DNA of 64,000 nt, taken from Candidatus Aenigmatarchaeota archaeon (lineage in GTDB: Archaea; Aenigmatarchaeota; Aenigmatarchaeia; QMZP01; QMZT01). Position numbers and translations under genes: made by a program. Position 1 is the stretch's first letter. Every line of letters begins with the position of its first letter. Below the pieces are notes generated by a model that saw only the letters and a list, made by a program, of their open reading frames with translations, had not been told where the DNA came from and ran no database searches. Shown here piece by piece: positions 29,777 to 38,999 of the stretch. Location of the stretch: NCBI GenBank assembly GCA_963726265.1, contig CAVSBQ010000002.1, positions 384,001 through 448,000 on the forward strand. The letters run 5' to 3'.

Positions 29777-29926
29777 TGCGGGGGCAGGGATTCGAACCCT
29801 GGAACACATTCCTCGTTCTTCGCTTTCGCGAAAGGCACTCTAAGTGAATAGGTCTTGAGCGTCGACATCATCTTGAATCAGGGTTCAAGACCATCCTATC
29901 GCCTTTAACCACTTGGCTACCCCCGC
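29777..29926 (-). tRNA. tRNA-Leu(CAA) with two non-canonical introns: 30/31 (29861-29895) and variable arm (~29808-29839)
   Basis: Reverse complement: GCGGGGG...ATAG|G-CT-CAA-GA-CCTAT-TCACTTAG|GTGTTC-CAGGG TTCGAAT CCCTG CCCCCGC A; first intron has a CGAT/GTCG BHB helix. Confidence 0.88.
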
Positions 29927-29984
29927 ATATAGAATTTAGAAAAGGTATTATTTATTTGAAAGAAGCGCCAAAGCGTCAAGCGCC

Positions 29985-30503
29985 CTATTGTATGGCCCTC
30001 AGCTGGGCGCGCAATTTCTCGAGCTGGCCGTAGACGTCCTTCATCTGGCTCTGGCTTTCGCCGCGCTCTTCCTCTTCGTCGAATTCCTCATAGCCTTCCG
30101 GCCTTTCCATGGCCTGAGGCTTCATGAAGAACGAGTCCAGGTTCGACGTCAGCGAGTTGAGCTCGTCGAGCGTCTTGTGGGCGATTTCTATGCCGTTCGC
30201 AATCTCCTTCTGCATGTCCTTGAGGACGTCGAGCGCGTCCCTGAGGTTGAGGATGTAGGACCTCAGCTCGCGTATGCTCCTGACGATGTCCCTGTATTTG
30301 TCGACCTTTATGAAAAGAGGCGGCGACTGGGACGTAACGGGCCTGGGCGGCGGAAGCGACCGCGACTTCTTTATTTCGGGCAGCTTTACCGGAGGCTGGA
30401 AGCTTTCCTCGCCCTCCTCGTTTTGCCCTCCGGCGTTTTCCTTCGCTTCATCGTCCGGCTGCAGCTCCTTTATCTCGTTTGACCTGCTTTTGAGAAACTT
30501 CAT
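29985..30503 (-). CDS. Coiled-coil hypothetical protein (PLFIKVDKY motif)
   Basis: Start moved to ATG 30503 because the longer ORF runs into tRNA-Gly; heptad pattern. Confidence 0.7.
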   Translation of the reverse strand: MKFLKSRSNEIKELQPDDEAKENAGGQNEEGEESFQPPVKLPEIKKSRSLPPPRPVTSQSPPLFIKVDKYRDIVRSIRELRSYILNLRDALDVLKDMQKEIANGIEIAHKTLDELNSLTSNLDSFFMKPQAMERPEGYEEFDEEEERGESQSQMKDVYGQLEKLRAQLRAIQ

Positions 30504-30546
30504 GTTTATTATTTCCCCCTTTGATAATAAATAGGTTAATTCCTGA

Positions 30547-30643
30547 TGCGCCGGCCGGGATTTGAACCCGGGCCACAGGCTTGGCAAGCTTGCACCAAAC
30601 CAACTTCATGTGTCTGTGTCCTACCAGGCTAGACTACCGGCGC
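30547..30643 (-). tRNA. tRNA-Gly(GCC) with 24-nt intron at 29/30 (30590-30613)
   Basis: Reverse complement: GCGCCGG...CAG|GC-TT-GCC-AA-GCCTG...CCGGG TTCAAAT CCCGG CCGGCGC A. Confidence 0.92.
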
Positions 30644-30682
30644 ATGTCTGGTAAAGAATTATTACCAAACTTGAATTTAAAA

Positions 30683-30979
30683 CTATCCGAAAAGGCTGCC
30701 GAAGCCTTCAGCGGCCTTGTCCTCTTCTTCTTTTATCCTGCGAAGAACGTCATCCTTCTCCTTGTGCTCGACTTCCTTCGCTATGTCCTTGAGGAGCTCC
30801 TTCGCCCTGTGTATCGCTTCGTTCGAGCCGTCTATCTCAAGGTAGTAACCGTCCTTGTTCAGGCCAAGCGCCCTCGCTTCCCTGAAGTTGACGCTCTGCC
30901 GCGTGAGCATGTCGTCCGCGAAAACTATGCTTTTCGCCTTGGAATAATTCTCCATGCCTATGAAAAATACCGCTTTCAT
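30683..30979 (-). CDS. Hypothetical protein
   Basis: AGGAGG RBS before ATG 30979; ends AAEGFGSLFG. Confidence 0.7.
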   Translation of the reverse strand: MKAVFFIGMENYSKAKSIVFADDMLTRQSVNFREARALGLNKDGYYLEIDGSNEAIHRAKELLKDIAKEVEHKEKDDVLRRIKEEEDKAAEGFGSLFG

Positions 30980-31040
30980 AACAATCCTCCTTAAGTACCA
31001 TGAGTTTGCTATCTGAATTATTGCGCGCAAGAATTAATAT

Positions 31041-32489
31041 TTATTCGCGCCCGTCCCTGCGGGAATGGTAGCCGTAGCCTCCGTATTCATCGCCGGAAGC
31101 AGTGCGCTTCGCCTTTCTGAAGGCGACAAAGACTAGCGCCAAAGCCGCTATTATCACTACGGGAACCGTGACGAACGCCCAGTTGAAGCCGTCTTCCTGC
31201 GGGTTGGCCTGGGTGACATTTTTATCTGTTGCCTCGGCCTTCGTCTTCAGCTCGTCGATCGTGTTGAGGAAATCCTCCTGCGCCTGCAAGTCCTCGCCGT
31301 AGGACGTCTCGTTGTAGCTTTGCTCGTAGGCCTTCCTTGCCTTCCTGATTTCCTCCTTTATGTCGGGCGTCGCCGTCTTCTCGGCGTCCTCCGCATAGCG
31401 TTTGGCGTCGCTCAGCAGCTCGCCCACGGAGACGTATGAGGTGATGACGCTCTCCGCGTCGGGCGTGGTTATCTTGAAGTCGATCCTGTAAAGCTCCCCG
31501 CCGCCTGGAGTGGCTGTGAAAACGGCCGTTTTCTCCTCGTTCTGGTCAACGCTGATGGTTTTTCCCTGCGGCTCGATGCCCATCGAAGGTTCGGGTGCCG
31601 GTTCTATCGTAAAGTTCTGCGTATCGCCGCGGTTGGAGATGACGACCCTGAACGTGACCTCGCCCGCCTCTTTCAGGTTTATGTTCCTCGGTATGACGGA
31701 AACCGAAAAACCCTCCTTTGCGTTTTCATCAATGGCCAGTATGCCCTGTTTCTGTTTCTTGCAGGCCTGTATGCTGCAGCCCTCTGCCTGGGCAAGCACC
31801 GTAAACTCGAACTCTCCTTCGCTTTCAGGCGCCTTGATCTTGAACGTCTTTGTGGCAGTCGGTTTCGAAGGCGAGGTAGTCAGGATGGGGTCGCCGAAAT
31901 CATTCTGGAGGTTCGTCGCGATCGAAAGCCTTATCCTCAGCTCAGCGTAGGAAGTTATGTAAAGGGTCTTGGTTACCACCTCTCCCGGCTTCGCCTGCGT
32001 CACATCCTCCCCGAAGCTCAGGTCGATGATGTCCGAGTTCTCGCTCAGCAGCCTGCATATGTCCGTCGTGTTGGTTGCGTCCACGCCAGTGTCAACATCT
32101 GCATAATTTGAAACGCACAGTCCGCCTGAAATGGAATTCGAAACTCCGAGCTCATCCGAGGAAAGGCTTATGCTGTAAAAGGAGAATTCCCCTTCCTGCT
32201 TATCCGAATAATAAAAGCACACCGGGTTTTTGTTCAGGATGCCGGGCGTCATTACGACGCGGCTGTAGGTCGTGTCCACCCATGGGTTGCTGCTCCTGTC
32301 GGCCTGTATTATGGTCTCGGATTCCCTGTCGACGCTGCTAAGGCCGAGGTCCTGTGGCAGGTTGATGTAAACGCATTTGTAATCTGCGCCCGGCTCTGCG
32401 GAAAATATCAGGCCGCTGTCAAGCGCGTTCGCGACACAGGCGAACGCCAGAAACGTCAGGAAAAGCGCGGCGAAGGGCAAAATCCTCAT
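31041..32489 (-). CDS. Secreted Ig-like protein with C-terminal membrane anchor
   Basis: Signal peptide, beta-rich body, C-terminal TM plus basic residues. Confidence 0.75.
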   Translation of the reverse strand: MRILPFAALFLTFLAFACVANALDSGLIFSAEPGADYKCVYINLPQDLGLSSVDRESETIIQADRSSNPWVDTTYSRVVMTPGILNKNPVCFYYSDKQEGEFSFYSISLSSDELGVSNSISGGLCVSNYADVDTGVDATNTTDICRLLSENSDIIDLSFGEDVTQAKPGEVVTKTLYITSYAELRIRLSIATNLQNDFGDPILTTSPSKPTATKTFKIKAPESEGEFEFTVLAQAEGCSIQACKKQKQGILAIDENAKEGFSVSVIPRNINLKEAGEVTFRVVISNRGDTQNFTIEPAPEPSMGIEPQGKTISVDQNEEKTAVFTATPGGGELYRIDFKITTPDAESVITSYVSVGELLSDAKRYAEDAEKTATPDIKEEIRKARKAYEQSYNETSYGEDLQAQEDFLNTIDELKTKAEATDKNVTQANPQEDGFNWAFVTVPVVIIAALALVFVAFRKAKRTASGDEYGGYGYHSRRDGRE

Positions 32490-32630
32490 ATATTCTAATT
32501 GTTATGGGGGATATAAATTGCAGCCATTCGCAGATGGCGCTGGCATCGGGCTGCGGCTGCGAGCAGACCTTCGTGAGTGCAAAGCCTGAGTGCAACACAA
32601 CTTTATAAATTTTATTCATATATTTCAATA

Positions 32631-32966
32631 ATGCCTGAAAATCTCGACGGCTTCGTGTCCCCGAGGAGAATGCCCGCCTACGAAAAGAGGATAGCTGAAA
32701 TAACCAAAAGCGACGTGCGCGTGCGCCTGCTGGGCACGGTCATCGACATAAACGACAACGTGGTAGTGCTCGACGACGGAACCGGCAAAATCAATGTCGT
32801 CTTCAACGAACCTGTCGAAGCCGGAACGAACAGCATCGTGCGCGTGTTCGGCAGGGTCATGCCAGCGGAGGACGGCTTCGAAATCGATGGCGAAATACTT
32901 CAGGATATGAAAGGCGTCGATGTCGCTCTCTACAGGAAGGCCGCCGATCTGGAGAGAAGCTTATAA
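32631..32966 (+). CDS. Replication protein A small subunit (RPA14/RPA3-like OB fold)
   Basis: RRMPAYEKRIAEI...VRLLGTVID...LDDGTG; adjacent to PCNA. Confidence 0.8.
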   Translation: MPENLDGFVSPRRMPAYEKRIAEITKSDVRVRLLGTVIDINDNVVVLDDGTGKINVVFNEPVEAGTNSIVRVFGRVMPAEDGFEIDGEILQDMKGVDVALYRKAADLERSL

Positions 32967-33005
32967 GATTTTGAAGCAACTTAAGTTTGTGTGGAGGTGT
33001 GTGAG

Positions 33006-33755
33006 ATGTTCAAGATAACTTTGGGGGATGCGGATCTGCTTAAGAATTCAATACCGATAATTGCGGAGATTATAGACGAAGGAGTATTCAAGGTGGACGC
33101 GAAAGGGTTATCGCTCATCTCGCCGGACAGGAGCATGATAGCGCTTGTCGATTTCCAACTCCTGTCGACCGCATTCGAGGATTTCAAGGTGACGGGCGAG
33201 AACATGCTCGGCCTCAACCTAGAGAACCTCGTCGCCGTCATAAAGAGGATAAAGACGGGGGAAAAGGTCGTTCTTACGAAGGAAGACGGCTCGAACATCC
33301 TTGAAGTCGTCATGAAGGGCAAGGGAACGAGGAAGTTCGAAATCCCGCTGCTGAACATCTCGACGGAGAAGCCGCCTCTGGACCAGCTCAAGTTCAAGGG
33401 CAAGATAGAAGTCGACGCCAGAGTGCTTGAAGAGGGCATAACGGACGCGGACATAGTCGACGACTCCATCGTGTTCGAAAGCGAGCCGCATTTCTTCAAG
33501 ATATGGGCCAAGGGCGACATGAACTCGTCCCAGCTCGAGCTGAAGAAAGGCGAGGAAGGCCTCGATAAGATCGAGGTCCACGAGCCCATGAGGTCGCGCT
33601 ACCCGCTTGAATACCTGAAGAAAATGATGAAGGCCTCGAAGTTCTCGGACAAGGTCCTTCTGGAATTCTCGAACGACTATCCGCTGAAGCTGATCTTCAA
33701 GGACATCGACAAGATACATCTTTCATTTGTCCTTGCGCCGCGCGTCGAGGAGTAG
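33006..33755 (+). CDS. pcn: PCNA sliding clamp
   Basis: DRSMIALVD, SRYPLEYLKKM, DYPLKL, FVLAPRVEE. Confidence 0.95.
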   Translation: MFKITLGDADLLKNSIPIIAEIIDEGVFKVDAKGLSLISPDRSMIALVDFQLLSTAFEDFKVTGENMLGLNLENLVAVIKRIKTGEKVVLTKEDGSNILEVVMKGKGTRKFEIPLLNISTEKPPLDQLKFKGKIEVDARVLEEGITDADIVDDSIVFESEPHFFKIWAKGDMNSSQLELKKGEEGLDKIEVHEPMRSRYPLEYLKKMMKASKFSDKVLLEFSNDYPLKLIFKDIDKIHLSFVLAPRVEE

Positions 33756-33772
33756 TTTACGCGGCTCCGGCT

Positions 33773-33961
33773 CTAGTGAATAATAGAAGTTATAAAAAGC
33801 ATTGCCAGGCCTATTATCACAAGGATTATGCCAAGCCAGAACACGATCGGCGCCGTGAAGAACGCGATCGCGAGGTAAGCGCCCAGGACCAGGAAGATGA
33901 AGCCGAGAATCGCGGTCGCCCAGAGCGGCATCAGGCCTTTTTGGCCCAGACTTTTGTCCAT
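33773..33961 (-). CDS. Small two-TM membrane protein
   Basis: MDKSLGQKG followed by two hydrophobic helices. Confidence 0.65.
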   Translation of the reverse strand: MDKSLGQKGLMPLWATAILGFIFLVLGAYLAIAFFTAPIVFWLGIILVIIGLAMLFITSIIH

Positions 33962-34012
33962 GTTTATCTTTTGAGCGCGAACCAATAAAAATACCAGAAA
34001 CATAGATAATTT

Positions 34013-34564
34013 ATGGATTTTGCGCGCGTGCTCAAGACAGGTGCAGCCGCCGGCGCCATCTACGGCGTCCTGCAGGGCATAGTTGCCGTCCTGTCTTTCG
34101 TTTTCTACAGGGAGCAGATAATAGAGGTGATGAGGGCAGCGATACCATCTGGCGTCAACATAGGCATGACCATGGACCAGCTCGCAAACATCAGCATGAT
34201 GACTGCGATACCGGGCTCGGTTATAGGCGGCATAATATCGGGCATAATCGTGAGCTTCATTTTTTCGCTGATGTACGGGGAGCTCATGGGGAAGGATTCG
34301 AGAAGGAAGGGCATTTTCCTGTGCATCCTCCTGACGATAGGCGTAGTGCTCGGCGAACTCGCATACCCCGGAGGCTTCGTGGGCAGCATACTGCTCATCC
34401 AGACAGGATATCTCATGCTCGCCCCGCTCAGCATCGCATTCTTCTTATGCCTCGGCTACCTCACGGGCATTTTCTACGACAGGTTCGAAGACAGCAAACA
34501 TAGGAAAAAGGCAGCGGAATGCAAGCCGGACGAGGAAAAGGAAAAGTCCCACAAGAAAAAATAA
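34013..34564 (+). CDS. Multi-pass membrane protein
   Basis: Four hydrophobic segments, charged tail. Confidence 0.7.
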   Translation: MDFARVLKTGAAAGAIYGVLQGIVAVLSFVFYREQIIEVMRAAIPSGVNIGMTMDQLANISMMTAIPGSVIGGIISGIIVSFIFSLMYGELMGKDSRRKGIFLCILLTIGVVLGELAYPGGFVGSILLIQTGYLMLAPLSIAFFLCLGYLTGIFYDRFEDSKHRKKAAECKPDEEKEKSHKKK

Positions 34565-34589
34565 ACCGGCAATGTAATAAAAAAATCAA

Positions 34590-34613
34590 TTTATAAACAC
34601 TCCTCTTTATAAA
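34590..34613 (+). promoter_or_regulatory. Tandem TATA boxes (TTTATAAA at 34590-34597 and 34606-34613)
   Basis: First lies ~25 nt before the tRNA 5' fragment at 34623; second ~26 nt before the endonuclease ATG at 34640. Confidence 0.6.
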
Positions 34614-34639
34614 ATATAACACAGCGGGGTGGAGAAATA

Positions 34640-35224
34640 ATGACACTGAATAAAATATTTTTAGAAAATTTAACGGAAACTGAAAAGGGATATATTATCG
34701 GTTTGTTTATTGGAGATGGCTATTCTTATTATGATAAAAAACATAGACATTATACAATTGAATTTTATTTGAATTCAGAACGCAACAAGAAAATACAAAA
34801 ACAATTAATTTTCTTATTGGAAAAAATTGGATTGAAGTGTTTTGTTTTAAAGGACAAGAGGTTTAATTGCAATAGAATAAGAGTTTATTCAAAACATCTA
34901 GTTAACTTTTTGAATTCATCTGTGATAAGAAATTGTAAAATCGATTTCGGTATTGGTTATGTATCAGGTATTATAGATTCTGAAGGCTATGTAAATCATG
35001 AAAAAAGTTTTGTTAATGTAGTTAGCACAAACAAAGACGTATTGAAAAATTGCAAGAATATTTTGAAAAAATTTAAAATTGAAGCTAAAATTAGAAATAG
35101 AAAAAAATCTAGCAAAGATAAAAAGAAATCTTATATATTACACATATCATACAAGATTAAAGATATAAAGTTAAATTCGATTAAGATGAACAGCGGGGCA
35201 ATGCTTAGCGGGGATTGTCTTTGA
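34640..35224 (+). mobile_element. Two-motif LAGLIDADG homing endonuclease gene inserted at the tRNA-iMet 5' end
   Basis: Motifs GYIIGLFIGDG and GYVSGIIDSEG; much more AT-rich than flanks; bounded by an ACAGCGGGG direct repeat (34621-34629, 35190-35198). Confidence 0.9.
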
Positions 35225-35303
35225 GACAACCGCAATGGAGCAGCCTGGAGTGCTCGCTGGGCCCATAACCCAGAGGTCGATGGTTCAAATCCATCCCCCG
35301 CTA
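35207..35303 (+). tRNA. Initiator tRNA-Met(CAT) with 22-nt intron at 7/8 (35214-35235); alternative 5' exon at 34623-34629 would give a 606-nt intron
   Basis: AGCGGGG|TGGAGCAGCCTGGAGTGCTCG CTGGG CC CAT AA CCCAG...CCCCGCT A; A1-U72 and three G-C pairs mark an initiator; BHB helix GCGG/CCGC. Confidence 0.9.
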
Positions 35304-35335
35304 TAATATTTTATAATATTCCATCAGGTGGTCGT

Positions 35336-35665
35336 CTGAAGTGGCTGTTGCTTCTGATCGCAGGCATTATTCTTGTTTCCGGGTGCGTTCAGACGCAGCA
35401 GGCTTCGCAGGATATTTCCGAGCAGGCGAAAGAGAAATGCATCGGGATATGCATGACTATCAGCTCCGACCTTTCGGGCAGAAGCCCATGCCTTTCCGAC
35501 AACAATTCCGAATGGAACATAAGCGGCTGGGTCTGCGACGTCGCGCATTCGCCGAGGCAGGCGATGGATGACCTGCCAGAGAACCAGTGCAGCGAATTCC
35601 GCGAGGGGAAGGCGAGCCATTTCGTCGAAGTCGATGCGGCCTGCGAATTCATACGCGCCGTATGA
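35336..35665 (+). CDS. Small Cys-rich lipoprotein-like protein (probable CTG start; TTG at 35348 is the alternative)
   Basis: (M)KWLLLLIAGIILVSGC lipobox-like; AGGTGG RBS just upstream. Confidence 0.65.
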   Translation: MKWLLLLIAGIILVSGCVQTQQASQDISEQAKEKCIGICMTISSDLSGRSPCLSDNNSEWNISGWVCDVAHSPRQAMDDLPENQCSEFREGKASHFVEVDAACEFIRAV

Positions 35666-35679
35666 GGCGCTTCTGGATT

Positions 35680-36702
35680 CTAGAGATTCTTGGCGTATTC
35701 GAGCGCGAGCTGGAAGTAGAGCTTCGCCGTGTTCCTCGCCTCGTCCTTCTCGTAGTCGAAGACGTGCGGGTCGCTTAGCCTGAAGCCGACGACTTTGCCC
35801 CTCACATACGCCCTGTAGCACCTGTAGAAGTCGAGCAGTTTCGTCACCTCGCTGTCGCCGCTCTCCTGCATGTATTTTTTCACGAAATAGTCCGAGAAGA
35901 ATTTCCTGTGGCGGAAGTCGAGGTCCATCGAGAGGAACGCGACGTCATTCGCTACGTCAGAGCAGGCGAAGCGCTCGTTGAACTCTATCGCGTCGAAGAT
36001 GTAGACCTTCCCTCCGACGATGAATATGTTGCCCGAGTGCAGGTCGCCGTGGCACCATTTGACAAAGCCATCCTTAAGGCGCCTGTCGAAGAGCGGCCTG
36101 TTCTTATCCATGAATTCCGTGACCTTCGCTTTTATCGCATCGTACGCTTTCGCATCGATGGTCTTACCTACGAAAGCGAGAGTCTGGCTGAAGTTCTCCT
36201 TCCAGTTGAATTTCACCGTGTCCAGCGAGCCGACGGAACCCGGCAGCTTGAAGGTCTGCGTCCTGGCATAAAAGTCGGTGATGATGTCCACGATTTTGTC
36301 CATTACCTCGGTCGTCACCTCGTTCCTGTCCAGGAGCCTGTCCATCAGCTTCTCCTGCGGGAACTGCCTCATCTTGATGGCGTATTCTATGGCCTGGCCC
36401 TTCCCGTTTATCTTTATGGCGTCATCGGCCATATTGACAGGCACGACGCCCACATACATTTCCGGCGAGAAGAGCCGGTTTATCTCCAGCTCGCGCTTAC
36501 AAAAGCGCCTGCGCTTTTCCAGAGTGGTGTAGTCGAGGAAGCCGAAATCGACCGGCTTCTTAATCTTGTAGGCGAAATCTCCCGCGAGGAAGATCCATGA
36601 AATGTGGGTCTGCACCATCTTTATCTCGTTTTCATCCACGGGCTCGTCATACGCCCTCGGAGTTTTCATGGCTGCGAGCAGCTGGTCGGTCTGGCCTGGC
36701 AT
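35680..36702 (-). CDS. Aminoglycoside phosphotransferase-like kinase (COG2187-type, no C-terminal P-loop domain)
   Basis: QTHISW, YKIKKPVDFGFLDY, CHGDLHSGNI, FDAIEFN, YRAYVRGKV. Confidence 0.85.
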   Translation of the reverse strand: MPGQTDQLLAAMKTPRAYDEPVDENEIKMVQTHISWIFLAGDFAYKIKKPVDFGFLDYTTLEKRRRFCKRELEINRLFSPEMYVGVVPVNMADDAIKINGKGQAIEYAIKMRQFPQEKLMDRLLDRNEVTTEVMDKIVDIITDFYARTQTFKLPGSVGSLDTVKFNWKENFSQTLAFVGKTIDAKAYDAIKAKVTEFMDKNRPLFDRRLKDGFVKWCHGDLHSGNIFIVGGKVYIFDAIEFNERFACSDVANDVAFLSMDLDFRHRKFFSDYFVKKYMQESGDSEVTKLLDFYRCYRAYVRGKVVGFRLSDPHVFDYEKDEARNTAKLYFQLALEYAKNL

Positions 36703-36778
36703 ACTATTATTTTTTATATCAAGAATTATATAAAATGTAGATTGACTGTCATATTGACATGTATAATGGTGATTGGTT

Positions 36779-38029
36779 ATGAGCAAGGTTAAGGATGCGA
36801 AGCTGGCGGAAGAAGGGAGGATGAAGATAAGGTGGGCGGAAGACCACATGCCCGTTCTCACCAGCATAAGGAAGCGCTTCGCAAAGGAGAAGCCGCTGAA
36901 AGGCCTGACCATCGCATGCTGCCTGCACGTGACGAAGGAAACCGCAGTCCTAGCCAGGACGCTTAAGGCAGGAGGCGCGGACGTCTACCTTTGCGGCTCG
37001 AACCCGCTCAGCACGCAGGACGACGTTTCAGCCGCCCTCGTCAGCGACGGCATAAACGTATTCGCCTGGCGGGGCGTTACGAATGACGAGTATTACTGGT
37101 GCATAGACCAGGTGCTTGATGCCAAACCGAACATCACCATGGACGACGGCGGCGACCTCGTCACACGAATAATTTCAAAGAGGCCGGAGCTGCTAAAGAA
37201 TGTCGTGGCAGGAACGGAGGAGACGACGACCGGCGTGATACGCTTCCGCGCCATGGAAAGGGACGGCGTCCTGAAATATCCGATAATAGCTGTAAATGAT
37301 GCCTACACGAAACACCTGTTTGACAACCGCTACGGCACCGGCCAGTCCACCATAGACGGCATCATGCGCGCAACGTCCGTTCTCATCTCTGGCAAGAATT
37401 TCGTCGTTTCGGGTTACGGCTGGTGCTCGCGTGGGATAGCCATGCGCGCAAGGGGCATGGGAGCGAACGTCATAGTGACGGAAGTCGACCCGCTGAAGGC
37501 GCTGGAAGCAGTGATGGACGGCTTCAGCGTGATGGCGCTGCTTGATGCGGCAAAGGTCGGCGACATATTCGTGACGGCGACGGGCTGCAAGGACATAATC
37601 AGGAAGGAACATATTTCAAAAATGAAGAATGGCGCGATTCTTGCGAACTCGGGCCATTTCGACGCCGAGATAAACAAGAAGGACCTCCAGGCGCTTACGA
37701 AGTCGAAGCAGGTCATAAGGCCGAACGTGGAGGAGATCACCCTGAAAAACGGCAAGAAAGTTTATTTCCTTGCGGAGGGCAGGCTTGTCAACCTCGCCGC
37801 CGCAGAAGGCCATCCCAGCGAAGTGATGGACATGAGCTTCGCCAACCAGGCCTTGTCTGCAGAATACATAGTAAGGAACAAAGGCAAGCTCGCCGCTAAG
37901 GTTTACGGCGTACCTGAAGACATCGACAGGAACATCGCAAAGCTTAAGCTTGAATCTATGAGCGTGAAAATCGACGCGCTCACGCCGGAGCAGAAGCGCT
38001 ATCTCTCCGACTGGAAAGAAGGGACCTGA
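36779..38029 (+). CDS. ahcY: S-adenosylhomocysteine hydrolase
   Basis: [56 protein letters not shown]. Confidence 0.97.
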   Translation: MSKVKDAKLAEEGRMKIRWAEDHMPVLTSIRKRFAKEKPLKGLTIACCLHVTKETAVLARTLKAGGADVYLCGSNPLSTQDDVSAALVSDGINVFAWRGVTNDEYYWCIDQVLDAKPNITMDDGGDLVTRIISKRPELLKNVVAGTEETTTGVIRFRAMERDGVLKYPIIAVNDAYTKHLFDNRYGTGQSTIDGIMRATSVLISGKNFVVSGYGWCSRGIAMRARGMGANVIVTEVDPLKALEAVMDGFSVMALLDAAKVGDIFVTATGCKDIIRKEHISKMKNGAILANSGHFDAEINKKDLQALTKSKQVIRPNVEEITLKNGKKVYFLAEGRLVNLAAAEGHPSEVMDMSFANQALSAEYIVRNKGKLAAKVYGVPEDIDRNIAKLKLESMSVKIDALTPEQKRYLSDWKEGT

Positions 38030-38030
38030 T

Positions 38031-38978
38031 TCATTTTCCGTAAAGCTCTTTTCCAACGGTCGAAAGCATGCCGAGGCCTTTGACCTCGTTCTTGTAAAGC
38101 GGTATCTGGAGGATTTCCAAACCCCTGAACTTGCCGCGTATTTCCCTGAGCCGCTCCTGCTGGATTCTTCGTCGCTCGCTGCAGAAGGGGCATTTCCTGT
38201 TGTCCGGAATGAGCTGGTTGACGAAGACCGCGTTCACGAGTATGCCGTATTCGGCCAGTATCTTGACCGAGCGCTCTGACTCGTATATGCTCATGGCCTC
38301 GGGTATCATGACCAGGTTGAAGCGCGTCCTCTTCCTGTCGCCGAGGATTTTTCTTGCCTCGGCTATGCGCTTTTTCATCAGCTCGAGTTCCTCCGTCCCG
38401 AATTTCGTTTCCTTGCCTTCCTCGCCGAAGGGCAGCATCTTCTTGAACATGCCCATGACGCCCGCGAGCTTCAGGCGTATGTTTATCATCTTGCCGACCC
38501 AGGAATCGAGCAGGTCAGGAAGCGAGAGGAAGCGTATGGTGTGGCCGAAGGGCGCGGTATCGAAAACGATGATGTCGTAATCCCTTGACTGCATGTATTG
38601 CAGGAACTTGTCAAACGCCGCTAGCTCGTCTATGCCCGGCGTGTTGCCGGCGAAGTCGAAGGCGTCGCCAAGGTCGAGGCCTTTCAGGAAATCAACGTTG
38701 TCAAGCTTGGGCGCTATCTTATTCTTGTATTCGGCCATCGCCTTCTTGGGGTCTATCTCAACCGCGAAAAGGTTCTTGCTTACCCCGATGATGTCGCCGC
38801 CTATGCTCTTCTCAAACGAGTCGGAAAGCGAATGCGCGGGGTCCGTAGATATTATCAGGGTCTTTTTGCCACGGCCTGCGAAATGCAGCGCCGTCGCCGC
38901 GGCTATGCTTGTCTTGCCCACGCCGCCCTTGCCGGCGAAAAGATAGAACTGCGTTTCCTTTTTACCCAGGTGCACCAT
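38031..38978 (-). CDS. ArsA/Get3 (TRC40) family ATPase
   Basis: GKGGVGKT, STDPAHSLSD, PGIDE, DTAPFGHT, CPFC. Confidence 0.92.
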   Translation of the reverse strand: MVHLGKKETQFYLFAGKGGVGKTSIAAATALHFAGRGKKTLIISTDPAHSLSDSFEKSIGGDIIGVSKNLFAVEIDPKKAMAEYKNKIAPKLDNVDFLKGLDLGDAFDFAGNTPGIDELAAFDKFLQYMQSRDYDIIVFDTAPFGHTIRFLSLPDLLDSWVGKMINIRLKLAGVMGMFKKMLPFGEEGKETKFGTEELELMKKRIAEARKILGDRKRTRFNLVMIPEAMSIYESERSVKILAEYGILVNAVFVNQLIPDNRKCPFCSERRRIQQERLREIRGKFRGLEILQIPLYKNEVKGLGMLSTVGKELYGK

Positions 38979-38999
38979 AACCAACCCCTCAAAGGCGAA

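Noticed and set aside
30504..30587. Longer start for the 29985 ORF (200 aa)
   Set aside because: The extension runs through tRNA-Gly; ATG 30503 has its own purine-rich RBS
34640..35224. LAGLIDADG as part of an intein or group I intron
   Set aside because: No intein splicing blocks or host protein, and no room for a ribozyme core; the junction is a BHB motif
38031..38978. Arsenic resistance operon
   Set aside because: No arsB/acr3/arsC/arsR/arsD nearby; single-domain ATPase with Get3-like features
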